A DNA stretch of 18,021 bases, from the NCBI GenBank assembly GCA_002794465.1, contig MTSL01000205.1:1357-19377 (forward strand), written 5' to 3'. The position numbers and the translations under genes are program-made. The DNA is from Paramicrosporidium saccamoebae KSL3. Taxonomy: Eukaryota > Fungi > Cryptomycota. Below are positions 15,810-18,021 of this stretch, one piece after another; within the stretch, counting starts at the first letter, position 1; every line of letters starts with the position of its first letter. Below the pieces are notes generated by a model. The model was not told the origin of the DNA. It saw only the letters and a list, made by a program, of their open reading frames with translations, and ran no database searches.

Positions 15810-17792
15810 ATGGAGGGTCCCTTTAGTAATCTCTACGGCGCTCCATTGAGAACAAAACCAAATGAATCGCCATCGGTGGCATCGACGGACAGTTCGTCCA
15901 TGCTGGTGGATGTACCGGTTGACGAACGATACTGTCCGGTGCCAGCGCCTGCTCCCGATGCGACCATTTCTACCATGTCCACAGAACGGGCAGAGGCAGA
16001 TCGCACTGGCGGACCTGCCGCTGGTGAGGAGCATCTTCTGCAGGCTGAGCAGCTGTTGTTCTCGGGAAGAGTGGGCACTGACCGAATCCATGACGATCGG
16101 CTCGCTGCAGAGTATTACAAAACCGCTGCTCAGGCCGGCAATCTTTTAGCTGAGACAATTTTGGCTTTTTGCTATGAATTTGGGATCGGTGTGCCGATGG
16201 ACTATAAACTCGCAGAGAATGGCTATTGGTATGCCGCCAAGGCCGGCGAGGGCGTAGCTCAGGCTCGTATGGCCTTTCTGCGAAAGTACGGCCGGCCCGG
16301 AGTGCGTATTGATCGGGTTGAAGCTGAGGAGTGGCAGCAAAAAATTAACCAGCAGGGATCTCAGTCCCTGGAGTGGCTTTTTAATGCCGCCGAAAGGTAC
16401 AATCATTCCGCCGCCCAATATTGTCTCGGCATCTGCTTCCACGACGGATTGGGGATGTCTCGGAGCGCCGTTGATGCAGTCAAATGGTATCGCAAATCAG
16501 CTGAACAGGGCCATGCCCGCGGTCAAGGCATTCTAGGCTATTGCTATGGCGAAGGCTTTGGCGTGGAAAAGGATGAAATCAAGGCCATGCATTGGTATCG
16601 TCGTGCCGCCGAACAACGCGAATCGGTGGCCATCTATAATATTGGATATTGCTACGAGGACGGCATTGGAGTGGAGAAGAATGAGAGTGAGGCTGTCAGC
16701 TGGTATCGCACGGCTGCCGAGATGGGAAATGCCTTTGCACAAAACTCGCTGGGATATTGCTACGAGGATGGCATTGGGATTGAACGCAATCCGGAGCTGG
16801 CGGTCCGTTGGTATCAGCTGAGTGCCAAACAGGGCTATCCCTGGGCACAATGCAATCTGGGCTATTGTTACCAAAACGGCATTGGCATTGCAAAGAGCGA
16901 GAGTAAGGGTGCCAAATGGTACTATCGGGCTGCTGTCCAGGGACACGCCCGCGCCCAACACAATTACGGCTATTGTCTGCAAAACGGCATCGGTGTTCCC
17001 AAGGACGAACACGAAGCCATCGCTTGGTACAAGCGATCGGCCGACCAGAAGAATGCCTTTGCTTACCATTCGCTGGGCTATTGTTTCCAGAATGGCATCG
17101 GAGTAATGAGGAACGATCAGGAGGCTGTTGTCTGGTTTAAGCTATCCGCCGAGGCTGGCCACGCCCCCGCTCAATTATCCTTGGGTTATTGCTATCGAAA
17201 TGGCATTGGCGTGGACAAGGATGAGGCGCAGGCCTTTCTTTGGTTCGAAAAGTGCGCCCAGCAAGGAAACCCCATGGCCCAAAACAGTCTCGGATATTGC
17301 TACGAAGACGGCATCGGGACGGATCGACAGCCCGACAAGGCCGCATATTGGTATGAAAAGGCAGCGCAGCAGAATAACTCGTGGGCTCAATGCAATCTCG
17401 CCTTTTGCTACAGCGAGGGACTAGGAGTGGAGAAGAGTCTTCCAGACGCCTTCTTCTGGTATCGCAAGGCTGCAAAGCAAAACCTCCCCAGAGCGCAAGG
17501 CCGTCTCGGCTTCATGTACGAGAATGGAATGGGTTGTGAACGAAATCCCCAAAAGGCATTCAAGTGGTACCATCGTGCGAGCATCAACAGTAATCTCACG
17601 GCTCAATATCATCTGGGACGATGCTACGAGAATGGCATTGGGGTGCAGGGGAATCTAGACGAAGCCATTCGGTGGTTCCAGAGGGCCGCCTCGGGTGGCG
17701 AGCCTAATGCAGCTGAACGGATTCGGCAACTCATGCTCAACATGACCGACATTGGCAGCATTGGCACAACCCATACAGCCCCCGCAGCATAA
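15810..17792 (+). CDS. Sel1-like repeat (SLR) protein, 660 aa
   Basis: Twelve tandem 36-aa repeats (AQ..LG.CY..G.GV.+D...A..WY..AA.QG), preceded by 2-3 degenerate repeats and a low-complexity N-terminus. No signal peptide or transmembrane segment is evident. Confidence 0.93.
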   Translation: MEGPFSNLYGAPLRTKPNESPSVASTDSSSMLVDVPVDERYCPVPAPAPDATISTMSTERAEADRTGGPAAGEEHLLQAEQLLFSGRVGTDRIHDDRLAAEYYKTAAQAGNLLAETILAFCYEFGIGVPMDYKLAENGYWYAAKAGEGVAQARMAFLRKYGRPGVRIDRVEAEEWQQKINQQGSQSLEWLFNAAERYNHSAAQYCLGICFHDGLGMSRSAVDAVKWYRKSAEQGHARGQGILGYCYGEGFGVEKDEIKAMHWYRRAAEQRESVAIYNIGYCYEDGIGVEKNESEAVSWYRTAAEMGNAFAQNSLGYCYEDGIGIERNPELAVRWYQLSAKQGYPWAQCNLGYCYQNGIGIAKSESKGAKWYYRAAVQGHARAQHNYGYCLQNGIGVPKDEHEAIAWYKRSADQKNAFAYHSLGYCFQNGIGVMRNDQEAVVWFKLSAEAGHAPAQLSLGYCYRNGIGVDKDEAQAFLWFEKCAQQGNPMAQNSLGYCYEDGIGTDRQPDKAAYWYEKAAQQNNSWAQCNLAFCYSEGLGVEKSLPDAFFWYRKAAKQNLPRAQGRLGFMYENGMGCERNPQKAFKWYHRASINSNLTAQYHLGRCYENGIGVQGNLDEAIRWFQRAASGGEPNAAERIRQLMLNMTDIGSIGTTHTAPAA

Positions 17793-18021
17793 TAAATTTT
17801 AATCACACTAATTTTTCACTCGTGCTAGGTATATCGAGGATATAAGATGTTCTCGGCCTATTGTGCGAATGAGAGTTCGTCCACTACCAATTTTTATATA
17901 CATAAATATGGTACTAATTTATGGTCGGATTATAAGACACTATTGCACGCCTCTGATCCGAATAGTTTCCTAAGTGGGGCAGTAGGGATTGCATCCCCCG
18001 ATTGGATTTCCCTGTCTCGGT

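Noticed and set aside
15833-17806. Numerous short overlapping ORFs within the Sel1 gene and other long CDSs
   Set aside because: These are alternative-frame or antisense shadows of well-supported genes.
17850-17859. TTCTCGGCCT match to the 5' end of U2 snRNA
   Set aside because: The downstream U2 branch-recognition sequence (GTGTAGTA) and the rest of the structure are absent; a 10-mer chance match.
17914-18021. Open minus-strand frame entering from the window edge (..GMQSLLPHLGNYSDQRRAIVSYNPTIN*)
   Set aside because: It could be the 3' end of the next gene, but about 35 codons without a motif cannot be supported.

Overview
Gene-dense eukaryotic window from a compact fungal-type genome. My inference is an early-diverging fungal relative such as a Cryptomycota/Rozellomycota, Paramicrosporidium-like parasite; this is not provable from the sequence alone. 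It holds 13 protein-coding genes: RPS19(-), NUP53/NUP35(-), DIS3/RRP44(+), poly(A) polymerase PAP1(-), an HSM3/PSMD5-like proteasome chaperone(+), an orphan signal-peptide polyproline protein(+), an RGS-domain protein(+), ERV1(+), a small secreted Opy2-like 8-Cys protein(+), a WD40/DUF2415-like protein(+), NAT3/NAA20(+), MFAP1(-) and a Sel1-repeat protein(+). I reconstructed 10 tiny GT-AG coding introns (27-35 nt) by hand, each restoring the reading frame, plus a probable 33-nt 5'UTR intron in RPS19. Three things stand out. (1) A secreted polyproline protein has a motif order resembling the Ena/VASP actin-polymerase tail, making it a candidate actin-manipulating effector. (2) AATAAA/ATTAAA sits on or just after most stop codons. 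(3) Spacers contain locally unique, strand-skewed tandem repeats whose polarity mostly follows gene direction: GT-rich downstream of genes and CA-rich upstream. No rRNA, tRNA, CRISPR or mobile element was found.
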